This document shows, in pieces, positions 1-11,652 of a DNA stretch of 64,000 nt (within the stretch, counting starts at the first letter, position 1; every line of letters begins with the position of its first letter). A model generated the notes under the pieces. It ran no database searches. It worked only from the letters and a program-made list of their open reading frames with translations, and had not been told where the DNA came from. Position numbers and translations under genes: made by a program. The DNA is taken from NCBI RefSeq assembly GCF_000143415.4, contig NW_003314277.1:1923454-1987453 (forward strand), read 5' to 3'. This DNA is from Selaginella moellendorffii. Taxonomy: Eukaryota; Plantae; Lycopodiophyta.

Positions 1-1562
1 TTCGTATTTGGCTCCAAATTCCGTATTAACCATCTCCTTCCTTTTTTTTTTGGTTTTTCTCCTCGTCCAGGACACTATGTCCCACAATTGGCTTCCGTCA
101 TTCTTGGACACAATGAGCGCAATCGCCAGGAAGAACTCCGGTTGAAAGGCATTGCAGTAAGTGGTGTTCTTCGTTTCCACTTTTCTTGATGGATCTTCTT
201 TGCAAACTTTGTGGTGGTGGTGTAGATCGGGAATCCTTTGCTCAATCTCGGGATAGACACCGCTGCCATGTACGAGTACTTTTGGTCACACGGGTTGATC
301 TCCGATGATACTTTCGCCGCCGTCAAGGGAGCTTGCAACTTCGAGGATTACGAGCTCGGGGCCGAGAAGCAGCACAACGTTTCCAACCAGTGCGACGTGA
401 TCATGGGCAAGTCCGACGACGAGGTGGGCGATTTCATCAATAACTACGACGTGATCCTCGACGTGTGCCTTCCGTCGCTGTTCCTCCAGGAGCTCAGGCT
501 GAAGCAACACGTGAGTAGTAAGCTAGAGAATTCCTGGAGCTTGATGCTGTTCTTTTTCGTTCTTTTTTTTTCTTCTTTGCGCGTTTGATTCATTGCTCGC
601 TTGCCGTGATCTCCAGGTGATCCGCATCTGGCATCTGTGATCTTACTCATTTAATTGCTCGCCGTGTTTTTTGTTGTTTTTTTTTTGGTTCTGCCAAGCA
701 GATCACTCAGAAGAGCTATGGAGTTGATGTTTGCATTGATGACGAAAGAGACCTCTATCTCAATGACTACAGAGTACAGCAAGCTCTTCATGCCAACGTT
801 ACAGGACTCAACTACAAATGGACAATGTGTGACGGGTAACTACGCTGTTTCTTAAGTTCTCTCGAGTTTTCTCTCGAAAGTTCTCTTGCTCGATCACTAA
901 CTTATCAAAAATTTTCTCGAAACCTTTCAGGCCCGTCCAATACTATCTCCAGGATGGTAGCATCGACATTGTTCCCTTGCTCCAAAACATCGTCAAAACC
1001 GGCCTTCGTGTCTGGGTTTTCAGGTAAGAAAGCTTTCTTTCCATTTTTCTTGAACTTCTTTCTTCGTTCGCGTGTGTTCTCGTTTCATCTCGTGAAAGTC
1101 CACCATGTTTTCTACTTTTTTTTAATTTCCTTTCTCAGCTGCTCAGTCACTCGCTTGCGATTCTTGCAGTGGTGATCAGGACTCTGTCGTGCCATTGACT
1201 GGAACCCGGACAATAATCAATGGGCTTGGCAAAAGTCTCAATCTTCCAGCTACAGTCCCATACACTGCCTGGTACTTGGGAGGCCAGGTACTTTGTTTCT
1301 CTTTTTTATCTTAGCTCTAGGCTTAGTACGAGCTCAAGATGTGAAAAGTTCACTGGCTATGTAGATAGTTTAGACAAAATCATTTGAGCTCTGGCTAAAA
1401 CCTCTCCAAATCCAGGTTGCCGGATGGACGCAAGTTTATGGAAATCTGACGTACGCGACGATACGAGGAGCAGCGCATATGGTTCCTTACGCTCAACCCG
1501 CGCGAGCGTTGCTACTCTTCCAAACTTTTCTCTCCGGCCAGACGCTTCCCAAGAACAGCTAA
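1..1562 (+). CDS. Serine carboxypeptidase-like protein (SCPL clade II), 3' part; gene begins upstream of the window
   Basis: Spliced exons (~71-156, 227-510, 700-835, 931-1023, 1170-1287, 1416-1562) give [52 protein letters not shown]. Stop TAA at 1560-1562. Confidence 0.92.
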
Positions 1563-2791
1563 CACTTTCCAAGATGGGATACCGATGGACACCAAAACCG
1601 AGCACACCATTTTTCCCAGCAACATCTCGATGCAAACGAAAGCGCGAAAGCAGGGTCTCTACTCAAAGGAGTGGAAACCCTCCTCTCTTTTCTTTCACTT
1701 TCGAAGAATCGAAGCAAACAAAAAGAGGGAAAAAAACCACACACACACACAATACAAGGAAGAAGAAGAAGAAGAGAAAGATACGAGGCAAAAAGAGCCG
1801 AGTTTGATGCTGTTGTAAGCTATATAGCAAAGCAAACACAAAGCATGTACTATATAGTTCTTTCAAATCATAGCCAGCGAGTGATCAAACCAAGGAAAAA
1901 AAAAGAGAGTCCGCGACTTTGCTCTCCGGATCGAAGAGAAGCATCAAAGTACTCTCTAAAAGTTTCTTCGTGATGATTAGAGACCAAGTGAGAGATCACG
2001 CATGAGTAGAGAGAGCTTGGATTGTTTGTCTAGTGTTTTAAGTCTTCTACTTCTAGCTAGCCTACAAAGAGTGGGAGTTCCGTGCTGTGTGTTTGGGGGA
2101 CAGGGTCTACGTTAGCCCTGTGGAAGCTTGACGATAGAATCGTGATTGTTGGAACTTTGCTGGAGCTTGCTGTTGGCCACTCTTGGAATTTTCTACGCGC
2201 GGAGAGGATCGATCGATCCACGGGAAGAAGAAGAAAGTGATGGACGAAGAAGAGAAAATAATCTCGCGAAATGGATGAGCGGGATCCCCAAGAACACGGA
2301 AGTGGGAGCCAACTTGCTCACTGTTAATCTCGTACTGTGTGATAGAAAAAACTGGAACTTTGGTGGGCTTCCACGTGAATGATTTAAAGGATTTTCTTTG
2401 TTATCAAAAGAACAAAACTATGGTAAGAATCTCGAGACAACGCTCTTCATGGGAGGAACTTTACAGCAGCCGTCCACGCGGTAAAGGCTTGTTTTTTACT
2501 TTTCTTTCCAATTATCCTCCAATCATGGTGTCACGTCGCTTTGTGCTCGTTCACAGCGAATTTTAGCTGGCCAATGCGGCGGTTCGAATCCCTTTAGCGG
2601 CGGGAGGCAAGAACCCTAAATCTCTCCTGTTAGCAGGCGAATAAGCCAGCGGCTTGGCGCTAGTCAGGTGATTCTAGGGGGCTCTGGCAGCAATCTATGG
2701 AAATCTCGTGTCGGGAGCTTAGACTCTTGCAGCGGGAGCTGGATTTGCATTCTAAGTAGTAGATCTGAGCTGTCACAAAACCCTAGGGGGA

Positions 2792-5363
2792 ATGGAGACG
2801 GCTGTGAGCACCTCGGCGCTTCCTAGATCATCGTCCAAGGCGCGAGAATCGGCATGGAAGACAGAGCGAGGATCTTGGAGAGCCGACCGAGCGCTATCGA
2901 GCCTAGTGCATATAGGTAATCATTTGGTTCATCCCTTGCTGTGGATCTCACGGGTAAATGCGGTTGATTGCTAGACTGCCTCTCGTCCAACGCGGCGAAT
3001 CAAGACGATTTTGAGAAGGACTCGGAGGAAGATCGAAAGGGGAAGAACAAGATCGCGTCTTTCAAGGCTATCATTGCGTCCAAGAAGCTGAGGTCATCGT
3101 TCCGGAGGAAGAGACGGAGAAAGAGATCGCTGATCGAGGACGTGTGGGACGCCGAGGAGCAAAAGGCCGTGGATGCTTTTAGACAGGTTTTGCTAGCTGA
3201 GAATCTCCTTCCAGACAGGCATGACGATTACCATACGCTGCTGAGGTATGTGCTATACTCTTTTCTTTTTTTCTCTCTCCCTGTTATCCATACAGTTGCT
3301 TTTGCTGGCTCTAGATTTTTGAAGGCTCGGAAGTTTGATCATGACAAGGCCAAGAACATGTGGATCGAGATGCTGCAATGGAGGAAAGACAACGACGTAG
3401 ACACTATTGAAGAGGTATGCTGAAGTTTTGTCCCTCGTTTCGTAAAATGTAGGTCCTTTTTTGCAGTCTTTTGCATTCGAGGAACTAGAAGAGGTGAAGA
3501 AGTATTACCCCCATGGTAATCACGGCGTGGACAAAGAAGGAAGGCCTGTTTACATCGAGCGTCTTGGCAAGGTGGAACCGAATAAGCTCATGAACGTCAC
3601 AACCATCGATAGATATTTGAAGTACCATATATGTGAGTTCGAGAGAACCATCAACAAGAAGTTCCCTGCTTGTTCGATTGCGGCAAAACGGCACATAGAT
3701 TCTACCACTACGATTCTGGATGTGGCTGGTGTGGTAAGAGATTACATCACTTATAATTACGACATAATGCTAATGTTCTTTTGCAGGGTCTCAAAAACTT
3801 CAATAAGACTGCACGAGAGCTGATAATCAGGATGCAAAAAATTGACGGCGACAATTATCCTGAGGTAAATCTTAAAACGATTTCTGATTTTTTCTCAATC
3901 TTGTACAATTTCTGCACACAGACTCTACACAGAATGTATATCGTGAACGCCGGATCTGGGTTTAGATTGCTGTGGAATACTGTCCGAAGCTTTCTGGATC
4001 CTAAAACTACCTCAAAGATCACAGTAAGTAATTCTTTCGTTACGCATACGTTTCTTAATTTCTTATACTTTCTTTGCAGGTCTTAGGAAACAAGTTTCAA
4101 AGCAGACTCCTCGAGGTTATTGATGCAAAGTATGTATATGTTGCATGTCATGCTAGAGGGTTTTTGACTGATTTGGTTTCAACAGCGAGCTGCCAGAATT
4201 TCTTGGCGGGACCTGCAATTGTCTCGTGGAAGGTGGCTGCATGTGCTCTGATAGAGGACCGTGGAAAGACCCATCCATTTTGAAGGTATCGTCATTGTTA
4301 GTTGTTGTCTTTTGAACTAGGCTGATCCTAGTCTGCTCTTCAGGCTGTTATGGATGGAAAAGCGAAGTTTGCAAGACAAATTGTGACTATAGATTCCGGT
4401 GGAACAGAAATTAAGGTATAACTATATCTTTCTCCGTTTTGGAGGCCGATTTTGATTGATTATGATCCAGGTCCGAGAGCTGGATGTTTCAACTGCAGAA
4501 TCTGGCTCGGACGTGGATGACTTCTCTGTCAGAACGAGACCAGGTTTCGTGAGGCTGAACTCCGTGTCTGAAGAGGTGAGGTAGCTAATGTTCTTCACGC
4601 GACACTGACGTGCTCTTACAGGTCTATGGCGGTGCTAGACTTTTGGACAACCCGGACTTGGTCCTTGGTAATGAGATGGTACCAATGGTCGATAAGGCTG
4701 TTGACAACATTGCTAGCGTCTACGTGAAGAAAACGGACTCGAACGGCTACAGCGCCAGCATTCATGCAAGAGGTTTAAGTTTGAAGTTTGCAACTTTTTG
4801 GCAATACTGATACTGGCTTCAGGCAATGCAGATATTTCCAAGCTCCACCCGGGTGCTTTTGCGAATTACCTTGCAGCAATTTTGGCATTTTTCATGAGTG
4901 TTGTGATCATTGCTCGAGAAATTTGCAAAAGAAAACAGGAGATGCTTACTGGCGGCGTTGGTTCAAGCTCGCGTGTCGTCCATAATTTGCAACCACCTGC
5001 TGTAGTGGAGCAAATGGTCTCTAGTGGGATCAAGGACCGTGTAGAGAAGCTTGAAGGGCTTGTGAGGGAGCTACTTGAGCAAAACGAGAAGCTGAAGAGA
5101 ATCATCTCTGTTGAAGCGGCTGAACGGATCAAGGCGCTCGAGGATGAACTGGCTGAGACAAAGGAGGTACTGATTTTTTAAAAATGATGATTAGCTTATG
5201 ATTGTATGTATTTCCAGAGCCTTCGCAGCATGCAAATCAAGCAAGAGGAGCTGCATACTAGTTTTGAACAATTAAAGGAACGAAGTTTGCAGGTATTGCA
5301 TATTACTTTTTTTGTTTCGTACTGACGTTTTCTCTTGTTTAGCGGACGGGGTGGTGTTGGTAA
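2792..5363 (+). CDS. Sec14-like phosphatidylinositol transfer protein with C-terminal nodulin-like domain (SFH family), multi-exon
   Basis: [58 protein letters not shown] motifs; coiled coil [14 protein letters not shown]; ends ...RTGWCW* (TAA 5361-5363). Many ~50-70 nt GT-AG introns. Confidence 0.93.
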
Positions 5364-5502
5364 AACCTAAGCTGACTTGTATAGCGTGGAATAAGACTGC
5401 ACGATATGTAGAGGAGTGATGTTTGATGCAATAAAACATCTGTTTGGGTGATCGGGACCGTTCTTCAGGTAGTTTTCTTGTTAGGTATTGGATTTTTCCG
5501 GT

Positions 5503-6384
5503 ATGACAGAAAGTTTGTGGGATGATGTTAAGAGCTTGAAGCACAGCAAGACGTTGAGTACCTCTATTGAAGATGACAAATACCGGCGTCAGGTGGATGC
5601 TGCTAAGAAACGTGCTGCAGCTCAAAATGTCGATTATCCTACGTTCGCAGCCATGGTAAGAAAACGCATTAAATTTTTCTATACTTACTCATTCTTTATG
5701 CAGGTCTCTGCTGCTCACTTACAACCAGTTGATCGAAAGAGGCTGGCGGAACCCAGAGCGGATACTAAAAGAACTGCTCCAGCTTGGTCGTTCAGTTCTT
5801 CTGGAAGTTTGCTGAAGGCCGACGACGTTAGATCTCAAGCAGGCACGGAAGCTCCCATCTTGTCGAAGCGCGATGTCCTTGAGTCTCTGGAAAAGCTGAA
5901 AAGTTTTGTGCGAGGCACGGGTAATGCAGATGTACCACCCACTGCCGCCAGAACCGTGGGGCCTATGACGCAAGATGCCTTTCGAAAAGGCTGGAGAAGT
6001 CTATCCACGGAACCTCCAGACAAGAGGCTAGAGTTCCTGGCAAACGTTGGACCCTTTCCAAGGATTTTCAGAGTGGAGATTCCTCCAGATATCCTTACCG
6101 GGGTTTTGGGAACTTTGCTAGATGCATTGGGTGAGACACAGGGGCCGGGTGGTGTGTCGGCTGTGGTTAAGATTCTAGAGTCGATTTCCAAGTGCTCGAG
6201 GTTCGCCATCACAATGAAGCTGATGGGACAGAGGAACAGGGCAGTAGTTGATCGGCTCTTCGACATTCTATCAGACGACAGTGAACTCGACGAGCTCCGA
6301 TCAAAGTTTACAGTGTGGGAATCTTTCTCTCGTCGGGGAACGTCAGGGAACCGAACGGAACAGGACGCGTTCACGTCGTTATGA
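5503..6384 (+). CDS. CCDC103: CCDC103-like dynein attachment/assembly factor (Dynein_attach_N + RPAP3_C-like), with one 48-nt in-frame intron at 5656-5703
   Basis: Spliced DDKYRRQVDAAKKRAAAQNVDYPTFAAMV-SAAHLQPVD resembles the CCDC103 N-terminal motif. The C-terminal FRKGWRSL...FPRIFRVEIPPDIL...ILESISKCSRFAITMKLM resembles RPAP3_C. Recognised from memory, not by search. Confidence 0.8.
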   Translation: MTESLWDDVKSLKHSKTLSTSIEDDKYRRQVDAAKKRAAAQNVDYPTFAAMVRKRIKFFYTYSFFMQVSAAHLQPVDRKRLAEPRADTKRTAPAWSFSSSGSLLKADDVRSQAGTEAPILSKRDVLESLEKLKSFVRGTGNADVPPTAARTVGPMTQDAFRKGWRSLSTEPPDKRLEFLANVGPFPRIFRVEIPPDILTGVLGTLLDALGETQGPGGVSAVVKILESISKCSRFAITMKLMGQRNRAVVDRLFDILSDDSELDELRSKFTVWESFSRRGTSGNRTEQDAFTSL

Positions 6385-6755
6385 AGGAAAGCTCCACGTA
6401 TGTAATCATCGATGGCGTCACTGTGGTGGTGAGGTTCTTCTGCAGCACGGGCCCGTGGTCGTGCAAGTGGCGCAGGTTTGAGATGTCTTTTCCTTTATTA
6501 CTTCATGCAATTTGGACAATGATTTTGTAATAGGTACTGGCTACGCATACAACGTGGAAAAGTTCTCGAGCTCTTCAACAAGCATAGGTCCTTTCTGCTA
6601 CTACAACCAAGGGACTCTGGACTTTGACCGGGGCAGGATACTTGGACTACCAGAGACCACCAACTTGGCTTGGCAACGAAGGAACAGACAAAGGGAGGAT
6701 TTTGCTCTTTGGATTTCGTGGGAGGAGGACGCACAAGTTCTAAGGCTGTTTACTA

Positions 6756-7646
6756 CTACGCGACAAGGACTATGGGAAGAACGTAGACAAGAGCAGGGAA
6801 TACTGGAGTCGCGAAGCCAGCCGATGAGGATGGCAATGCAGAGACTGGAATCGCGACAGGGTTCTCTCTTCGGGAGCCGCCGGAGAATCCTTGGGCAGTG
6901 GCAGTGGAAGGCTCGGCAGCCGATGGAGCACGGTCTTGATAAGAACCGTGGCTCAAAGGCTGGACGCGGATGGAGAACTTTTGTCCCAAGTTGCAGTGGC
7001 TGGGAACTCCAGAGATGAACCAGTACCAGCCGTCTCTCAGCAGGTAGACCACCGTATCTCCGTCGTCATACGTTGCCAGGGGTTTGGAATTGGAGCAGGA
7101 GACGTAGTCTGCGAGGCTCACTTGCAACACGCTCTCGGTGCCTTGATCATAGCGGAAGTCTGCCAGCAGCCAGCCATCCATGAGAGAAGAGAAAGAGGAG
7201 CTATTGGGAAAAGCAGCAGTCGCAAACAGGATTGAGTGCTTCGATAACGAAGAGGAACTTAAGCCAGTGGATTCTAGCAGGAATCTTTGCGAGCATTTCC
7301 GCGAGAAAGAGAAGAAGATATAGGCAGCGTGCCTTCGACTTGGTGGGATTGACTTCGAGGAGAACTACGGATAGAGGGCAGGGGATTCTAGCAGCAAACT
7401 TGACGAGCATTTCTCCGAGAAGCACTGGATAGAGGACTTACGCAGCGTGTCTTCGACTTGGAAGCTGTATTGCGAGGCCCAGTCCGTGTAGTTGATCTTG
7501 GCGAGAGAGGGCAGCTTCCATCCGGCCTTGTCGCCCACATTGTGCTGGATACCCGCCGAGACGATCGCCGCGAACACCGCAAGAACAGTGATCGCGAGAG
7601 AGACGGTGGAAGCGAGCAAACTTCCGGTTGAAGCCACGAAGAACAT
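6756..7646 (-). CDS. Early nodulin-like phytocyanin (ENODL), signal peptide and probable GPI tail, two exons
   Basis: Exon 1 HNVGDKAGW...NYTDWASQYSFQVEDTL; exon 2 FRYDQGTESVLQV...WFISGVPSHCNLGQKFSIRV (copper ligands incomplete, as in ENODLs); hydrophobic C-terminus. Confidence 0.88.
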
Positions 7647-7763
7647 TTGCTTTGCTATGCTTTGCTATGCTTTGCTTTGCGCTGCTACTAAAAACAAAAG
7701 AGGCGAATCTTTTAAATACCAGCAAAAATTCCCTAGAATATCCTCTCGTCACGTGTCAGCTTC

Positions 7764-8879
7764 TCACTGGATGTCCACGCTGTGCTTGATCTTGGCGAGC
7801 TCCATCTGCGCTTGCATGAGCAGCTGCATTCGATGGAGCTCCAGATCTTTGGTGAATTGCATCCGGATCTTCTCCAGATCCACCAGCTGCTGCCGCTTGC
7901 ACTCCTCCATGCGCTCGAAGATCTCGCCCAGCTTGGCGATGGCACCGGCGAGCGGCGACGAGGAAGACGAGGACGAAGATGGCGATCCCATCTTCCTCTT
8001 CTTCTTCTTCTTCGCGGCATTGCCACCTCCGCGCTTCTTCGTCTTGAAGTTTAAGACCCACAATAGATCTTCCTGTTCTTCGTGATCTTGGAGGTCTTCG
8101 TCAAGATCATCGTCATTTCCTTCTTCTTCCTCCTCTTCTTCGCTGCTGCTGGGATGATAGTGCTGCCGCTTGGACGGCCTGGGCTTGGATTCCTTGCCGG
8201 AGTTCTTGACGATGTTCCCAGCATCGGCCCCGATCGGGAGGGACGAGCGAGGAGTGGTGGTGGTGGTGGCGGTGGAGTTCTTGGCGTTGCTGGCCATCCC
8301 GAGAAGCCTGTCAAGGATTCGATAGAACGGCCACTTGCTGGGCGATCCCAACGAGCTCTGCTTCTGCCGCTCCTGCTTGAATTTCTTCTTGAGCGTGTCC
8401 ACGCGATTCTTGCACTGGACGTCCGTCTTGGGGCTGTGGCTCCGGATCGTCACCGCCGCCGCCAGCTCCGCCCAGTGATCCAGCCGCAAATGCCACTTGT
8501 TGAGCGCCACGCACTTGTCCCCCCACGCCTGGAGCAGCGCCAGCGTCGCGCCATCGCCCCAATCGTCCCGCCCCAAACCCTGGCTGCTGCCCCTCACCTG
8601 GATCGGCGACTGCTGGAGGAGCTCCGGGTTCGCGCAAGCGATCTGGCCAAACAAATCCTCCTCCTCTTCCTCCTCCTCCTCTCCTCCTCCTCCTCCCGCG
8701 GCTACATTTGGGGCTGGAGTGGAAATCTGCGCTGCTGCTTCTTCCTCTTCCTCTAGATTCTCCTCTTCCGGATTCTCCTCCTCTTCCTCCTCCTCCTCCT
8801 CTTGATCGACAGTGTGAATGCCCTGCTGGAGCTGCCGTAGGAGCACCTGATGCGATCCACTCCTGCTGTTGATCACCAT
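7764..8879 (-). CDS. Trihelix transcription factor (SIP1/ASIL-like, Myb/SANT-like DNA-binding domain), intronless
   Basis: DDWGDGATLALLQAWGDK...HW.ELA...KTDVQCKNRVDTLKKKFKQE...SKWPFYRILDRL; C-terminal coiled coil LAGAIAKLGEIFERMEECKRQQLVDLEKIRMQF. Confidence 0.92.
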   Translation of the reverse strand: MVINSRSGSHQVLLRQLQQGIHTVDQEEEEEEEEENPEEENLEEEEEAAAQISTPAPNVAAGGGGGEEEEEEEEDLFGQIACANPELLQQSPIQVRGSSQGLGRDDWGDGATLALLQAWGDKCVALNKWHLRLDHWAELAAAVTIRSHSPKTDVQCKNRVDTLKKKFKQERQKQSSLGSPSKWPFYRILDRLLGMASNAKNSTATTTTTPRSSLPIGADAGNIVKNSGKESKPRPSKRQHYHPSSSEEEEEEEGNDDDLDEDLQDHEEQEDLLWVLNFKTKKRGGGNAAKKKKKRKMGSPSSSSSSSSPLAGAIAKLGEIFERMEECKRQQLVDLEKIRMQFTKDLELHRMQLLMQAQMELAKIKHSVDIQ

Positions 8880-8924
8880 CGCATCAAGAAGCCATAGCCA
8901 TCCGGAAGAACCCTAGATCCACCC

Positions 8925-9041
8925 GTATATTCTGGCAGTGCAAACCCAAAATATTCCGCCTAACAGAATATTCCTCCGGTGGGGCATATACCGACAGCGA
9001 TAGCCGGGGGTGGCATATTCCGCCCGTGCGCGAGCATATGC
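8925..9041. promoter_or_regulatory. Cluster of five P1BS-consensus (GNATATNC) sites in the divergent trihelix/FTHFS promoter
   Basis: GTATATTC 8925-8932, GAATATTC 8966-8973, GCATATAC 8984-8991, GCATATTC 9013-9020, GCATATGC 9034-9041, plus near-match AAATATTC 8949-8956. Confidence 0.65.
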
Positions 9042-9112
9042 TCAGACGGATTCCAGTAGACGGCGGATATGGTGAGCAGCAGCAAAGCTCTCCAGCGGAG
9101 GAGTGCTCGAGA

Positions 9113-11652
9113 ATGGCGCCACCGACCTCGTCTTCGCCGCGCAAGCTCGAGATCGTTAATCCGGTGCCGGCGGACATCGACATTGCGCAGTCGGTCGATC
9201 CGCTGCCCATTGCCTCCATCGCGCAGGACTTAGGTTTGTCGCCCCACGAGTTCCAGCTCTACGGCCCCTCCAAGGCCAAGGCAAGCCCCTCTCTCCCTCT
9301 CTCAATCACTCCCTCGCCACGGCTCTACATTCGATCGATCGATCGATCCAGCGCGCGGTTTTGGTGATTTCTTTTGCTTTCTTTGTGCTCTCGCCAGGTG
9401 CTCTTGCCCGTCCGGGATCGCCTCAAGAACCATCCCGATGGATTCTACGTCGTGGTGGCCGGGATTACGCCGACGCCGCTGGGAGAGGGCAAATCGACCA
9501 CCACTGTTGGGCTCGGGCAAGCCATGGGGGCTCATCTCGGAAAGAAGGTGAGCTCTTTCCTCCTCTACTGTAGGATCTAGAGTGAGTGATCTAGAGTCCT
9601 CCTTTGGCTTGCTTTCTATCGCAAACACTGTTTGCGATATTTCGTCGTGAATTTCCTCTGCATTTACATGGATTCCATCGTGCTGGAATACGTTGTTTAT
9701 TGTTTTTGCTATCATCCTGCTCTAAATTCTTTCTTTGTCAAAGCTCTCTGATTGTCAAAGTTCTCTGGCTAGAACTTTTTCATCTATTGTCAAAGTTCTC
9801 TGGCTAGAACTGATGTAACTTCTCGAAGTTCTCTGGCTAGAACTTGGCTCTTAAAGCTCGCAAAGCTCCAGTCAGTCGTAGTAAAGTTCACGATTGCTCG
9901 CTAAGTATACTTGGTTCTATCCAGGTTGTGGCTTGCCTACGCCAACCAAGCCAAGGCCCGACGTTTGGGATCAAAGGTGGAGCTGCCGGAGGAGGATACA
10001 GTCAAGTGATTCCGATGGAGGAGTTTAATCTCCATCTCACTGGCGACATACACGCGATCACCGCAGCCAACAATCTACTTGCGGCCGCCATCGACGCTCG
10101 GATGTTCCACGAGAACACCCAGTCGGACAAGGCTCTGTTCAACAGGCTGTGTCCCGCGGACAAGGAAGGGAAGAGAAGCTTTGCGAAGGTGATGTACACT
10201 CGCTTGAAGAAGCTCGGCATCGAGAAGACGGATCCAAACCAGCTCACGGCAGAAGAGACGAAGAAGTTCGCGAGACTGGACATTGATCCCGCCACTATCA
10301 CCTGGAAGAGAGTGATGGACGTGAACGACAGGTTTCTTAGGAAGATCACGGTTGGACAGGGGCCGGAGGAGAAGGGGATGACCAGAGAGACTGGCTTCGA
10401 CATCTCCGTGGCCAGTGAGATCATGGCGGTCCTCGCATTGACAACTTCGCTGGCGGACATGCGTTCCAGACTGGGAAAGATGGTGATCGGATCGAGCAAA
10501 GCCGGCGATCCCGTCACGGCTGACGATCTGGGAGTCGGAGGGGCATTGACAGTTCTCATGAAGGACGCGATCCATCCAACTCTGATGCAAACGCTGGAGG
10601 GAACTCCAGTCTTCGTTCACGCCGGACCGTTTGCCAACATTGCTCACGGGAACTCGTCCATCGTTGCCGACCAGATTGCTCTCAAGCTCGTTGGTCCGGA
10701 AGGCTTTGTGATAACTGAGGCAGGCTTTGGAGCTGATATCGGGTGTGAGAAGTTCATGGATATCAAGTGTAGATACAGCGGGCTGAGACCTCAGTGCGCG
10801 GTCATTGTGGCGACTGTCCGAGCTCTCAAGATGCATGGTGGAGGTCCAGCCGTTGTTGCTGGCAAGCCTCTTGATGCGGCCTACAAAAGTGAGAACTTGG
10901 AGCTGGTTCGAGCGGGGTGCTCCAATCTGGTGAAGCACATCGAGAACACGAGATCTTACGGTGTCAACGTGGTGGTCGGGATCAACGTGTTCGCCACTGA
11001 CACCGAAGCCGAGCTTGCCGCGGTGAAGTCGATCGCTTTGGACGCGGGTGCCTTCGACGCGGTTCTGTGCACGCACTACGCGAGTGGTGGCGAGGGAGCT
11101 GTAAGTTTGGTTTCAGTTGTTTCCATGGTTTAAGCTTTGCTTGGTTGGTTTTTTCGTTTTCTACCAGGTGGAGCTCGGGTATGCTGTGCAAAGAGCCTGC
11201 GAACGACACAGCGCGCCTCTAAAGTTCCTGTACCCGCTGGAGCTGAGCATCAAGGAGAAGATCGAGGCGATTGCGAAGTTCTACGGTGCCGACAATGTGG
11301 AGTACGAGTCAGAAGTAAGCTCTCCATTTGCTTCTCGATCTTCTTCTCATTTGCTCGTCCCGATCGTTGCTCACAGGCAGAAGCAAAGATCGAGCTCTAC
11401 ACGAGACAAGGCTTCTCGCAACTTCCCATTTGCATGGCGAAGACGCAGTACTCGTTCTCGCACGATCCATCGCTCAAGGGAGTTCCAAAGGGATTCACGC
11501 TGCCCATCCGAGACGTGCGCGCGAGCGTGGGTGCCGGTTTTATATACCCGCTGGTTGGGGCCATGAGCACCATGCCTGGCTTGCCGACCAGGCCGTGCTT
11601 CTACGACATTGATTTGGACATTGAAAGTGGGAAGGTTTTGGGATTGTCGTGA
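9113..11652 (+). CDS. FTHFS: Formate--tetrahydrofolate ligase (10-formyl-THF synthetase)
   Basis: [110 protein letters not shown]. First intron is GC-AG (9281-9397). Confidence 0.97.

Noticed and set aside
2560-2600. tRNA-like GGTTCGAATCCC
   Set aside because: No cloverleaf or properly spaced A-box; kept only as a lone B-box observation.
6381-6630. Possible small spliced ORF starting at the CCDC103-like stop (…CKWRR|YWLRIQRGKVLELF…, faintly PH-like)
   Set aside because: Short, with an unsupported splice and no convincing family match; more likely 3' UTR.
10075-11076. 333-aa antisense ORF (also 8082-8756, 22777-23418, 24007-24720)
   Set aside because: Shadow frames of GC-rich real genes (FTHFS, trihelix, MinE, XIP) with no independent motifs.
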